Source: an uncultured bacterium
GTDB taxonomy: Bacteria > Fidelibacterota > Marinisomatia > SCGC-AAA003-L08 > JACNLC01
Length of the DNA stretch: 64,000 bases
Direction: 5' to 3'
Assembly: GCA_964527215.1 (NCBI GenBank)
Contig: CAZGNZ010000001.1
Span: 193,276 to 257,275, forward strand
The position numbers were made by a program, and so were the translations under genes. The notes under the pieces were generated by a model. It saw only the letters and a program-made list of their open reading frames with translations. It did not search any database and had not been told where the DNA came from. Positions 1-8,945 of this stretch are shown here, piece after piece. Position 1 is the first letter of the stretch. Every line of letters begins with the position of its first letter.

Positions 1-2385
1 TCTCAGAACTTCAATACGGTAGGTACCGGAATTCAGACTGTCAAACGCAAAAGCACCGTTTGCCTGTGTGAGAACAGAATCCAGCTGCTCATCGTCCAGA
101 TACAGTTTTACCAGCTGATCCGTTTCCTCAATCGGCTGGAGGTTCGCATCCGTCAGACGTCCGCTGATGGATCCGTAATTTACCCGGAACAAATCCGCTC
201 CCGGTTCAGAGAGGTCCACTGTCAGATCATGCTGTGAAGAAATGGGATCGTCAAAAATATCCTCTGTTGAATTCACAATCCGGTAGGTGTCCGTAAGCTG
301 AATGGGTATCAGATACTGACCATTTTCATCCGTTAACATACTCCAGACGGTTTCATCCGAAGAATTCAAGGTAACAGACAAGGCATCAGCCACAGGCGCA
401 TCATCTGCGAAATCCCAGACATCACCCACAATGGCTGCGGGATAAAACCAGACCGTGTCGGAATCGGATATGGTCTGCAGGTCACTCAGCCAGGTTGTGC
501 CGGTGACAATGGCAGGGATCATCTCCGTGCTGCTGACAACTGAGGTCAGTGGTGCGGCAGCCGTTCCGTTGAGTGTGGTTGTCAGGATTTCACTGGTTCC
601 GTTCTGGAACAGACCGGCATCAGCAGTGAGGATCACTTCTGTGCCGTCAGGTACCCGGTCACCGTTGACGTCCAGCACAAGTGCCTGCACATTCGTGATG
701 GAAATTCCGTCCGCGGGGATGTACTCGGGCTCTGCGGTCACCTGAATGGTTCGCGGAATGCCCGGTTGATTGATCAGCGTCACGGCATCATCGAACTCAT
801 GAACACCGGCGGCATTGGTAATATGCGCCACATTCAGGAGTTCCAGATTCAGGTCTGCGGTAACCAGAACCGATATGGTCAAAAGCTGACTGTCGCCTGG
901 ATTCACCTCACCCAGATTCCAGCTGACAATACCCAGATTTTCGGTTCCGCCTTCAGATGCTGATATGAACTGTGTTCCGTCAGGCAGCACATCGTGTATC
1001 AGTGTATTGGGTGAGGGATACTCGCTGGTGTTTTCGAGATAAACGGTATAATTCAGGGTATCGCCGGTGAAGGAATAACCCTTATCGACGTCTTTCACAA
1101 ACAGGAAATCGGAGAATACCTGTACCGCAGTCAGAGCACTGTCTGCAGCCTGAGGATTGTTATCGATACTGATCTGTGCCAGATTCAAAATTTCTGTGCC
1201 GGATACAGCTTCCGGATCCACCGCTGCAGTCACCATCAGGGTGTCACTGAATTGCGGCCACAGGAGATCGTAAGTCCATTGAATTACACCGGTTTCGGAT
1301 TGATAATTATAGGTTCCATCTGCATTCAGGAAATTCAGCTCATCAGGCAGACTGTCCGTGAGTACCGCATCGAAAATGGTCTCGCTGCCGGTATTGGATA
1401 CTATTATCTGATACTGAAGCGTATCCCCGGGCTGAACAAGTTCCTGATCAACCGATTTAACAAGATTAACATCCGTCATTGAATATGGGACGTGAATCTG
1501 GCAGACAGCCGAGTCGCTGTCGGAAATTCCTGATGCATTGGTAATGACCGCTCTGTTCAGCAGCTCGGTTCCGGAAGGAGGATTCCCCGTGATCCGGGTC
1601 ATGATTCGAACCGAATCAATGGTGCCCGGCTGAAGTGTGCCGAGATACCATGTGATCATGTTATCGGCTGGATTCCCGGGCGGAATCATTTCCAGCAGCT
1701 GCAGATTTGGCGGCAGATGGTCAATCAATAATGTATTTTCGCCGGCAGTATTGCCGTTATAATGATATTCAAGGGTATAGGTGAGCGTATCATTCGGAGC
1801 AGCAGTTGTCAAATCCACTGATTTCTCGATTTCAAACGCGGCGTAAACTCCCGATTCGTCAACAGTCAGATCAACCGGATTGCTTTCAGCCGCAAACCCG
1901 TCTTCAGTGGTTGCCACTGCGATATTGCTCAGAATTGAGAAGGGGGTGCTCTCCGACAGATAACATTCCAGACCGGCCTGCCAGGTATCGTCGGCAGGCA
2001 GATTTTCAATGGTCCAGGAGACCAGACTGCCATTCACTTCCGCTTCAGGATCGGCACTCAGATATGCCAGACCTTCCGGCAGGGTGTCCTGCACGGTCAC
2101 CCATTCCGCTGCAGCATTCCCGGAATTGTGAACGGTAATTGTATAGAGTACCGTATCACCGGGAACCGCATTTTCATACGGACTGGATTTTGTGATGATG
2201 AGATGAGGAGCAGTTGAAATATCCGTGATGACTGTATTGGTTGTATCTGTAGTGAATGTCAGTTCGTTGGCATCCATATACAATACGTACGCACGGTTGA
2301 CCAGCTGATCATCCCGATCGGTCTGTCCGAAAACGGCTGCAGGCAGCAGCAGTGTCAGGAATATTATGTGTCTTAAAATACGCAA
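1..2385 (-). CDS. Large DUF11-repeat envelope protein, N-terminal 795 aa only (C-terminus runs off the left edge); 'giant' member of module A
   Basis: It is absent from the ORF track because there is no stop codon in the window. My own minus-strand translation from TTG 2385..2383 gives LRILRHIIFLTLLLPAAVFGQ (signal peptide). DUF11-type units follow (APHLIITKSSPYENAVPGDTVLYTITVHNSGNAAAEWVTVQDTLPEGLAYLS...). Next come a Big-like unit (PEYIPADGISITNVQALVLDVNGDRVPDGTEVILTADAGLF, codon frame checked against the start) and CarboxypepD_reg-like units (...QANGAFAFDSLNSGTYRIEVL at the window edge). The domain order matches the N-terminus of the 2420-aa protein at 12020..19282. The start codon choice is uncertain. 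Confidence 0.75.
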   Translation of the reverse strand, partial: MRILRHIIFLTLLLPAAVFGQTDRDDQLVNRAYVLYMDANELTFTTDTTNTVITDISTAPHLIITKSSPYENAVPGDTVLYTITVHNSGNAAAEWVTVQDTLPEGLAYLSADPEAEVNGSLVSWTIENLPADDTWQAGLECYLSESTPFSILSNIAVATTEDGFAAESNPVDLTVDESGVYAAFEIEKSVDLTTAAPNDTLTYTLEYHYNGNTAGENTLLIDHLPPNLQLLEMIPPGNPADNMITWYLGTLQPGTIDSVRIMTRITGNPPSGTELLNRAVITNASGISDSDSAVCQIHVPYSMTDVNLVKSVDQELVQPGDTLQYQIIVSNTGSETIFDAVLTDSLPDELNFLNADGTYNYQSETGVIQWTYDLLWPQFSDTLMVTAAVDPEAVSGTEILNLAQISIDNNPQAADSALTAVQVFSDFLFVKDVDKGYSFTGDTLNYTVYLENTSEYPSPNTLIHDVLPDGTQFISASEGGTENLGIVSWNLGEVNPGDSQLLTISVLVTADLNLELLNVAHITNAAGVHEFDDAVTLINQPGIPRTIQVTAEPEYIPADGISITNVQALVLDVNGDRVPDGTEVILTADAGLFQNGTSEILTTTLNGTAAAPLTSVVSSTEMIPAIVTGTTWLSDLQTISDSDTVWFYPAAIVGDVWDFADDAPVADALSVTLNSSDETVWSMLTDENGQYLIPIQLTDTYRIVNSTEDIFDDPISSQHDLTVDLSEPGADLFRVNYGSISGRLTDANLQPIEETDQLVKLYLDDEQLDSVLTQANGAFAFDSLNSGTYRIEVLR

Positions 2386-2432
2386 CCTAATGTCCTTTGC
2401 GGCGCAGGTTAAGTCCGTTATTCAGTAAGTTG

Positions 2433-2464
2433 AAAAAGCAGCCGGGCCGGAGCGACCCGACTGC
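2433..2464 (-). terminator. Rho-independent terminator-like hairpin plus T-run after the type-2 subunit gene of module A
   Basis: The minus strand reads GCAGTCGGG-tcgctccgg-CCCGGCTGC followed directly by TTTTT. The stem is 9 bp with one mismatch. It lies between the stop of 2523..4247 and the start of the downstream giant gene. Confidence 0.55.
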
Positions 2465-2522
2465 AATCCAAATTAGAAAAGAAACTGTGTAACGGAGAAA
2501 AACCATTGCGCAGGTTCACCCC

Positions 2523-4247
2523 CTAATCAATCATCACCTGGAAAGTGACGAATGTCGTGCCGCTGGGTCCGATGGACGGAATGGTGAATGACGCTGTTCC
2601 GTTGGCAAAGGACGCGGTATCACCATCGCTGGCATCTGTTTTGGATACACCGGCAATGGTCAGGGTTCCGGCCTGGTAAGTGGCATTGTCCGGCACTGCA
2701 TCGGTGACCAGAACATTGGTCGCCATCCCGGTTCCGGCATTCAGCAAATCCACCCGATAGGTCAGAACCGTGCCTGGCGGCTGCGGTCCGGTGGGTGTCA
2801 CGGATTTGGAAAGGATCAGGTATGGTGCCGTTACTGTCACGGTAACCGTTCCGCTGTCGGATATTGCAGGGTCACCAACGGAGGTTGCCGTAATGAGTGC
2901 CTGCTCGACGGTGCCGTCGTTTGTTCCTGCCGGCACAGTGGCGGCGGCGATGATGCAGGCGGTGTCGCCGGCATCCAGTTCACCCAGATCAGGTATCCCG
3001 TCGTTATTGGTGTCCGTCAGCAGAACATCGTCAGCATCAATCACTCCGTTGCCGTTGAAGTCCCAGTAGAAGGTCCAGGTCCAGAAGTTGCTCACATACG
3101 TGATGTTGAAAACATCGGTCCCGTTACCATCATTGGTGAAACATACCGGATAGAGTATTTGGTCACCGGGGTCACCGACTGTGGTCAGATCATCACCGGC
3201 GGATACGTCAAAAAGCTGGTCAACGGTAACCGTACCGCCCTGATACTCTTCAGGCGGATAAGGATCACCTTCATCATTTTCAGTTTCAACGACGATATCT
3301 ATGGGAATATCCGATCCTTCCGGGACACCTTCATCTATGGTCACCTGGAAGAAAACACAGTAGTAGTCGCTCGGATTCATCTGACCCAGATTGATGGTTA
3401 CCGAATTCGGGCTGGAGATGCCGAAGTCACCCTGAGTGGATGGCGGGTATTCAACGCCGTCATCGGGATCGGTGAGGGGCAGTGCGCTTCCCGGATCGCT
3501 GGATGTCGAGTAACCCATGCTGCCCGCGACATACGTCATGCCGTCCGGAATTCCGGAGGTAAGCAGTGTGGTTTCATAAGCCGGTGCGGAACCGATATTT
3601 TCGGCACACACCGTAAACGTAACCACATCTCCCGGTATCGGGCTGGGGTTGTCATTGGAAATGGTGATGTCCATCACGGATCCGGCAATGGTTGTGGTCA
3701 GCGTGGAGCTGTCCGAAACCGTTCCGTCAAACTGCGAGACGGCAGTCACATCCGTAGAAACGACATCTCCGTCCGGAGCGCCGCCGGGTGTGATATCGGT
3801 CACCAGAACGATAATATCCAGGAAATCATCGGCGGCAAGCGGACCGGTCTCCGTAATGAGGCTGTCGAGGCCGTCAATGATGCCGTTTCCGTCGATATCC
3901 ACGTAGATTTCAATCTCATAAGAGCCGGTGCCAATGACGGTCGAGAGCTCAGACAGATCAAAACTGTCAGTGCCGTTACCCGTGTTGATAACATCCATGG
4001 GATATGCATGGCTGCCCTGGGGGCTCATGTTGCTGGCAGTCTGATCCGGTATGATGTCCACACCGGCAATCTGACTGACGATGGTGGTTACGGCATTGGA
4101 CTGAACCTGGGGCATGGCATTTCCGTTGGCATCATCGTAGTCACCATACGCAACGTTGGTGATTTCGGTGCCTGCCGGAGTGCCTGCAGCCATCAGGAAG
4201 CCAGCCGTAAGCAGCAGGAGCAGTGAAAATTGTTTTAATGTATTCAT
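2523..4247 (-). CDS. Secreted multi-domain DUF11 protein, 'type 2' subunit (module A)
   Basis: 574-aa ORF with signal peptide MNTLKQFSLLLLLTAGFLMAAG. The N-terminal block TPAGTEITNVAYGDYDDANGNAMPQVQSN is conserved. There are two NxGNGxDxF Ig-like units with DxDGNGxIDxxD Ca-loop motifs. The C-terminal DUF11 unit (PGTVLTYRVDLLNAGTGMATNVLVTDAVPDNATY...VTFQVMID) ends exactly at the C-terminus. It is a paralog of 19406..21127. Confidence 0.88.
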   Translation of the reverse strand: MNTLKQFSLLLLLTAGFLMAAGTPAGTEITNVAYGDYDDANGNAMPQVQSNAVTTIVSQIAGVDIIPDQTASNMSPQGSHAYPMDVINTGNGTDSFDLSELSTVIGTGSYEIEIYVDIDGNGIIDGLDSLITETGPLAADDFLDIIVLVTDITPGGAPDGDVVSTDVTAVSQFDGTVSDSSTLTTTIAGSVMDITISNDNPSPIPGDVVTFTVCAENIGSAPAYETTLLTSGIPDGMTYVAGSMGYSTSSDPGSALPLTDPDDGVEYPPSTQGDFGISSPNSVTINLGQMNPSDYYCVFFQVTIDEGVPEGSDIPIDIVVETENDEGDPYPPEEYQGGTVTVDQLFDVSAGDDLTTVGDPGDQILYPVCFTNDGNGTDVFNITYVSNFWTWTFYWDFNGNGVIDADDVLLTDTNNDGIPDLGELDAGDTACIIAAATVPAGTNDGTVEQALITATSVGDPAISDSGTVTVTVTAPYLILSKSVTPTGPQPPGTVLTYRVDLLNAGTGMATNVLVTDAVPDNATYQAGTLTIAGVSKTDASDGDTASFANGTASFTIPSIGPSGTTFVTFQVMID

Positions 4248-4257
4248 GGCTTGATTC

Positions 4258-5985
4258 CTAATCTATGGTTACCTGGAATGTAACATATGTTGAACCGCCG
4301 GAGCCGAGTGTGGGAATATCAAAAATGACTGAATCATTTGAGAATGTTCCGTTGTCTCCGTCAGCGGCATCGGTTTTTGCAATACCGGCCACGGAAAGTG
4401 ATCCGGCAACGTAGGTGCAGTTTGTGGGAATGGCATCCGTAATCAGCACGCCAGTGGCCTGGCCGGTACCGGCGTTTATGACATCCACGCGGTAAGTCAG
4501 AACCGTGCCCGGAGGCTGATTCCCGGTGGGGGTCACCATCTTGCTGAGTGTCAGATAGGGAGCAGTCGCCGTAATGGTGGCCGTACCAGAAGTAGTGACT
4601 GTCGGGTCGCCAACGGATGTGGCGGTAACCGTCATTACATCACTGGTGCCGTCATTGGTGCCGGCGGGAACCGTGGTCATGCCGATAATGCAGACAGTTT
4701 CATCCTGACCCAGTGAACCAATGTCAATGATTCCGTCGTTAATGGTATCGGTAAGCTCAGTATCATCCGGATCTATGACACCGTTTCCGTTCTGATCAAA
4801 ATAGAATGTCCATGACCAGAAATTGCTGGTGTAGCTGATATTGAAGATGTCGTCGCCGTTACCGTCATTGGTAAAGCAGATGGGATAGAGCACGTCATCA
4901 CTGGGATCTGCGAAGTAAACTTCGTCACCGGTGGAACTGACGGCATATACCTGCTGCACCACAGCGGGTGTACTGGTATAGTTGCCGGAAGGATACGGTG
5001 TGCCTTCACTGTTATCAAATCCGACTGTGACATCGGCTTCAATGACGGTACCTTCCGGTGTGTCTTCGTCCACAACGACCTGATAGAATACACAGCCTGA
5101 TTCGCCGGGAGCGGCATCACCCCATACAATGGTTACCTGACCGGCGTTGGTCACATTGAAGTCACCTTCGGTCAGAGGGGGATATTCCACACCGTCGTCA
5201 GGATCGGTAAGCGGGCTGGCGTTGGCATAGTCGTCCGTACTGTACACAGCCATGCTGCCGGGGACGTAGGAGGAGTTCGCGGGGATTTCACCAATAATGG
5301 TGACACCGTACGAGATTGCACTTCCAGTATTGGAACCGCAGACCGAGAACGTAATCACGTCGCCGGGTTCCGGGGTGGTTGTGCTGGGTTCAACGGATAC
5401 AGCCAGTACCGCTGCTGCAATGGTATGGTCGGCTTCGGAATTGTCACTGACCGTTTCATCAAACTGGGAAGTGGCAATCAGGTTGGTGTACACATTGTCA
5501 CCATCCGGTGCGCCGCCAGGAGTGGTATCTTCAATCCGGTATATCAGATTCAGTTCCTCGTCAGCCGCCATGTTGGGGGTAACCGTGATGAGGCTGTCCA
5601 GACCGTCAATGATGCCGTTACCGTCGATATCATGCCAGAGGGTGATGTCAAAGGTTCCGGTTCCGGTGATTTCCGATTCCAGAGTCAGATCAAATGCATC
5701 GTCACAGTTGCCGGTGTTGGTCAACGTGATGAATGACAGGTGCACGGCCTGAGTGGGAATCGTGTTGGAGTGATAGTCGGGGTTCAAATCCACACCAGCC
5801 ACCTGGCTGACGATTGTGGATACCACGTTGGACTGAACCTGAGGCATAGCGTTGCCGTTGGCGTCATCGTAGTCACCGTAAGCAACATTTGTGATTTCCG
5901 TTCCACACGGGGTTCCGGCTGCCAGTACCAGACTTCCCATAACGGCAATCAAAGTTACAATTGAGCTAAAACGCAATGGTTTCAT
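4258..5985 (-). CDS. Secreted multi-domain DUF11 protein, 'type 1' subunit (module A)
   Basis: The ORF track gives 4258..6150. I place the start at ATG 5985, because AGAAAGGAGACTGAG precedes it and it yields the signal peptide MKPLRFSSIVTLIAVMGSLVLAAG. The architecture matches 2523..4247 but has extra Cys residues (GTPCGT, NTGNCDD). Its closest paralog is 21141..22868. Confidence 0.88.
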   Translation of the reverse strand: MKPLRFSSIVTLIAVMGSLVLAAGTPCGTEITNVAYGDYDDANGNAMPQVQSNVVSTIVSQVAGVDLNPDYHSNTIPTQAVHLSFITLTNTGNCDDAFDLTLESEITGTGTFDITLWHDIDGNGIIDGLDSLITVTPNMAADEELNLIYRIEDTTPGGAPDGDNVYTNLIATSQFDETVSDNSEADHTIAAAVLAVSVEPSTTTPEPGDVITFSVCGSNTGSAISYGVTIIGEIPANSSYVPGSMAVYSTDDYANASPLTDPDDGVEYPPLTEGDFNVTNAGQVTIVWGDAAPGESGCVFYQVVVDEDTPEGTVIEADVTVGFDNSEGTPYPSGNYTSTPAVVQQVYAVSSTGDEVYFADPSDDVLYPICFTNDGNGDDIFNISYTSNFWSWTFYFDQNGNGVIDPDDTELTDTINDGIIDIGSLGQDETVCIIGMTTVPAGTNDGTSDVMTVTATSVGDPTVTTSGTATITATAPYLTLSKMVTPTGNQPPGTVLTYRVDVINAGTGQATGVLITDAIPTNCTYVAGSLSVAGIAKTDAADGDNGTFSNDSVIFDIPTLGSGGSTYVTFQVTID

Positions 5986-6314
5986 CTCAGTCTCCTTTCT
6001 GTTTTGGGTTCTATTTGGATTGATCCATTTCTGGATCCTTGTGTTGAAATCGCTTGGAATTCGGCGAATTCCATCACTCTCTGTTATACTTCGTATAACA
6101 GAGAGTGTGTTTTGATGATTTTTAAATTTGTTCAATGGATTCAGTTTCATTGAGTCTGAAGCCGCCTCAGCATACTGAAGCAGCTTAATGATTGTATTAT
6201 TATGGTTTACCTATTTCAGATTTAGGATATACTACCTTGTTTGTCAGTGCGTCCAGACATTAGAAAACAGTTCCGGCATTATCATGTTTGGTCATAAAGG
6301 CTTGTTTCAGGCCA

Positions 6315-6779
6315 TTATCGGATCACCGCCAGAAACGTCACTTCCCGGGATTCGCCAGGAGCAAGAATATCCTGTATTTCCCATCGGATATGGGTGATGT
6401 CTTCAACGGGAGCCGGTTTCTCGACCACTTCACCGTTCTCATCGGTGACCAGTTTTACCGGCGGCCATTCCTGGAAATAATTGCCCTGGTCGAGCGAAAA
6501 TGTGATAACGGCCGGATCACCCGTCACGGATTGAGGCACATACACCACTCCCGGAGGAATGGGATCCACAATGGTGGGCTCACGCATTTCATCATCACCC
6601 ACATTGCTTGCTGTTATGATGTACCGCAGGGTATCCCCGGGAGAAAAAGTGAGTTCGCCGCCGCTGAGCTCCTGGGGGGTTTTATTCACTTTTTCCGGGG
6701 TGACGTCCAAATTCAGCAGAGGCCCCTGCTGTCCGAGCAGCCACCCAATACAAATGAAAAATATTATATAGTATCGCAT
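6315..6779 (-). CDS. Small secreted single-DUF11-domain protein (module A)
   Basis: The ORF runs 6315..6803. The preferred start is ATG 6779, preceded by GAGGAGG-tatc, giving the signal peptide MRYYIIFFICIGWLLGQQ. It has one DUF11-type unit (LTFSPGDTLRYIITASNVGDDEMREPTIVDPIPPGVVY...REVTFLAVIR). It is a paralog of 22986..23477. Confidence 0.82.
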   Translation of the reverse strand: MRYYIIFFICIGWLLGQQGPLLNLDVTPEKVNKTPQELSGGELTFSPGDTLRYIITASNVGDDEMREPTIVDPIPPGVVYVPQSVTGDPAVITFSLDQGNYFQEWPPVKLVTDENGEVVEKPAPVEDITHIRWEIQDILAPGESREVTFLAVIR

Positions 6780-6795
6780 GATACCTCCTCGTTCG

Positions 6796-8286
6796 TTAAT
6801 CAAGTCTTACCTTAAATGTGACCGTCTCGCCGGAACCTGCAGGCAGGGAAGTGCCGCGCTGAAACTGAATATTGGTTATCGGCGGGGTCTGGCTGGAATC
6901 ATAGTTGAATCCGCCGTCATGGCTGAACTGAATGGTCATCAGATTCCCTTCAGCCGAATTGGTTACATAAGTTGTATTCTCCGGAATGGTCTCATGAATC
7001 ATAACAAAACTGCTGAAGTCATCCCCTGAATTCAGATAGTGAATACTGTACAGAATGGTATCTCCAGGTGCGGCCTGACTCTGGTCCACAACCTTGGTTA
7101 AAGACAGCACCGGACTGATGACCTGTACCGCTGCGGTTTCTCCGGTAGAAATGATATCGAAATTGGAACCGTAAACAGAAACATTGTTGAAGTAGGATCC
7201 TCTCTGAAGACCCACATTGGCCTGAAAACTCAAGGTTGTTTCCGTGTCCGCATCCAGTGTGAAGTCTTCATCCCAGATAAGTTCATTGCCTTCGATGACA
7301 GGATCCTGTATCTGACTGCCTGACGATGAACCCGGGATATATGTGAACGGCAGCGGGAGGTAGTCGATGATGCCGGAAATGTCGGCCGGACCGTTACCCG
7401 TATTTGAAATCGTAATCGAATACTCGGTGACTCCACCGCTGCTGACAGTGGCGGGAGAAACCGACTTGGTGATGCTGATTTCCGGTTCCGGGTCTCCGAA
7501 GAATATGACATTTCCCAAGTCATAAAATGTAACGGGCGGATTATTCAGCAGCGTCAGACTGGCATCCAGCTGGTTGATCAGATACAGGCTTCCCGGAAAG
7601 AACCAAAATCCCAGTGAACTCCCGTATAAATCCCCTTCAAAAGTATAAGCCAGTCCCGTCAGACTGACGCCGCAGTCACCAATGAAGTTTGCTTCAAGGT
7701 CATTCAAATTGACGGTATAGAGATTACCGCTGGAAATAATGTAGAAATCATTCACGGTATAAAAATCAATATCACCGGAGTTGGCCGTGAAATCCGCTCC
7801 GGTGAGAGTACCGAAATACGTGACGGATCCGGTGACGGGATCTATTTCGTATAAGTCATTGGTATTCAGACGTGTACCAAACAGGCGGCCGTCCAGTGAA
7901 AATTCCATGCGCGGTGAAATTGCAAAACCAACATCACTGTTAATGATGGTGGTGATTTGGGTTTCCGTGTCAAAATACCCAACTCTGTAAGGTGAGGAAT
8001 TACTCGTGAAATACAAATTACCGGTGCCCGGCTGCGTACCCAATGCGTAACTGGCGAAGGCCGCATTTCCGACAAAAGTATATTCATCCGTGATCGTATC
8101 GTAGGCATAGATGGAGTAGGGGGAGTTTGCACTGATTCCGTACACCGTGCTGGCAGCCGCCCAATCCGGAAAGTGTATGGCGAAAACAGTCAGTATAAAG
8201 AGGGTGCGGCCAACACACCTCATAACGGAACCGCCTGCTCCGGAAATTGCAGCTTTGATTCTTTGAATTGCGTTACTGTCAATCAT
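6796..8286 (-). CDS. Secreted protein: beta-propeller-like N-terminal 'head' plus two C-terminal DUF11 domains (module A)
   Basis: 496-aa ORF. The signal peptide is best from internal M22 (MRCVGRTLFILTVFAIHFPDWAAA, ATG 8223), so the start is uncertain. The N-terminal ~270 aa has repeated ..LY.I/V....G.. strands. The C-terminal ~220 aa aligns by eye with the C-terminus of 23474..26029 (PGDTILYSIHYLNSGDDFSSFVMIHETIPENTTY vs PGDTLNYTIHYSNIGDDYASLVLIHESIPENTHY). Confidence 0.82.
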   Translation of the reverse strand: MIDSNAIQRIKAAISGAGGSVMRCVGRTLFILTVFAIHFPDWAAASTVYGISANSPYSIYAYDTITDEYTFVGNAAFASYALGTQPGTGNLYFTSNSSPYRVGYFDTETQITTIINSDVGFAISPRMEFSLDGRLFGTRLNTNDLYEIDPVTGSVTYFGTLTGADFTANSGDIDFYTVNDFYIISSGNLYTVNLNDLEANFIGDCGVSLTGLAYTFEGDLYGSSLGFWFFPGSLYLINQLDASLTLLNNPPVTFYDLGNVIFFGDPEPEISITKSVSPATVSSGGVTEYSITISNTGNGPADISGIIDYLPLPFTYIPGSSSGSQIQDPVIEGNELIWDEDFTLDADTETTLSFQANVGLQRGSYFNNVSVYGSNFDIISTGETAAVQVISPVLSLTKVVDQSQAAPGDTILYSIHYLNSGDDFSSFVMIHETIPENTTYVTNSAEGNLMTIQFSHDGGFNYDSSQTPPITNIQFQRGTSLPAGSGETVTFKVRLD

Positions 8287-8316
8287 GTTTATTAATACGA
8301 CAAAAATAGTCCCTTA

Positions 8317-8333
8317 TACAAAAACAGTGCCCA
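8317..8333 (-). promoter_or_regulatory. Weak sigma-54-like -24/-12 element upstream of module A
   Basis: The minus strand reads TGGGCAC-TGTTT-TTGTAT. GGCAC and TTG have the consensus spacing of TGGCACG-N4-TTGCW, but the -12 element reads GT instead of GC. It lies 20-30 nt upstream of ATG 8286. Confidence 0.3.
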
Positions 8334-8871
8334 ATGATAATTAGAAATCTTACACGGTGCAGAACAGTCGCGATGTAAATTTTCAGGTCAATATTTAAAG
8401 GGACTGTGCCAAAATGAAACATGTTTTCCAATTCAGCAGAGATGGGTTTATTCGGTGTTTGTGATCTGCACTGTGAAATTAAATTAAGAGAACTTAATTG
8501 AAATGGTGATGGACGATTTCTCACCATGTGCTTCGTCAGCCTTTGGATTGATTTCATGATATGAAACCAAATACAGATTTCAGTCAGTCTCGGCTGTGCA
8601 ATCCAACATGGCAAACTCTGATGGCATCCGGATGATGTCGTAAAAAGCCTTTATTTATTCTGCGTACAACCGGAACTTGAAATCTGAAAATCGAATTATA
8701 GAATTTGATCGTATGATCGTTCACATAACCTATTTAAATACGACCGAGATATCCAATATTTTTTGAAACGAATTTGCATACTGTCTGGCTGTATTGTGGA
8801 TCAGTAGACAATTCATTTCATTCAGATACCTCTCTTGTTTCCGAGCGTCAATGGGATAGACACGCTGCCGA

Positions 8872-8904
8872 AAAAACCCATAAACCCGCCGTTGAAGACG
8901 GGTT
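8872..8904 (-). terminator. Possible weak terminator after the 1024-aa barrel gene
   Basis: The minus strand reads AACCCG-tcttcaacgg-CGGGTT, then TATGGG and TTTTTT. The stem is short (6 bp) and the T-run is offset by 6 nt, so support is weak. Confidence 0.3.
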
Positions 8905-8945
8905 CATGGATTCTTCCGGCGATCAGGCCGCCAACCTTTTCAGCC

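Noticed and set aside
3159-4226. 355-aa + strand ORF. Similar long antisense ORFs lie at 8835..9617, 10608..11111, 11151..11990, 13580..14752, 28404..29063, 30351..30944, 36332..37711, 41744..42151, 46637..47377, 47611..48249, 53223..53783, 54771..55238, 56881..57699, 58685..59308 and 59339..60763.
   Set aside because: Each lies entirely antisense to a gene with strong, recognisable motifs (DUF11 proteins, barrel, kinase, GH26, gpmI, GNAT, pgsB, C25, M14, repeat protein). Their translations are low-complexity (R/G/H/V/I-rich) with no motifs. They are shadow ORFs typical of GC-biased codon usage.
5986-6150. N-terminal extensions of track ORFs. Others lie at 6780..6803, 22869..22976, 26030..26152, 36275..36352, 39396..39638, 43274..43411, 52080..52094, 56080..56109 and 58328..58351.
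   Set aside because: Internal starts give proper signal peptides or conserved family N-termini. They are preceded by SD-like sequences and/or remove overlaps with upstream genes. The extensions encode basic, non-conserved peptides.
8391-8415. TTTTGGCACAGTCCCTTTAAAT (minus strand), a sigma-54-like -24 box.
   Set aside because: The perfect TGGCAC is followed at the -12 position by CTTT instead of TTGC. The invariant GC is missing.
8279-8614. 111-aa minus-strand ORF in the gap between the two modules.
   Set aside because: No signal peptide or motif, AT-rich, and it overlaps the start region of 6796..8286. It is probably non-coding leader or promoter DNA.
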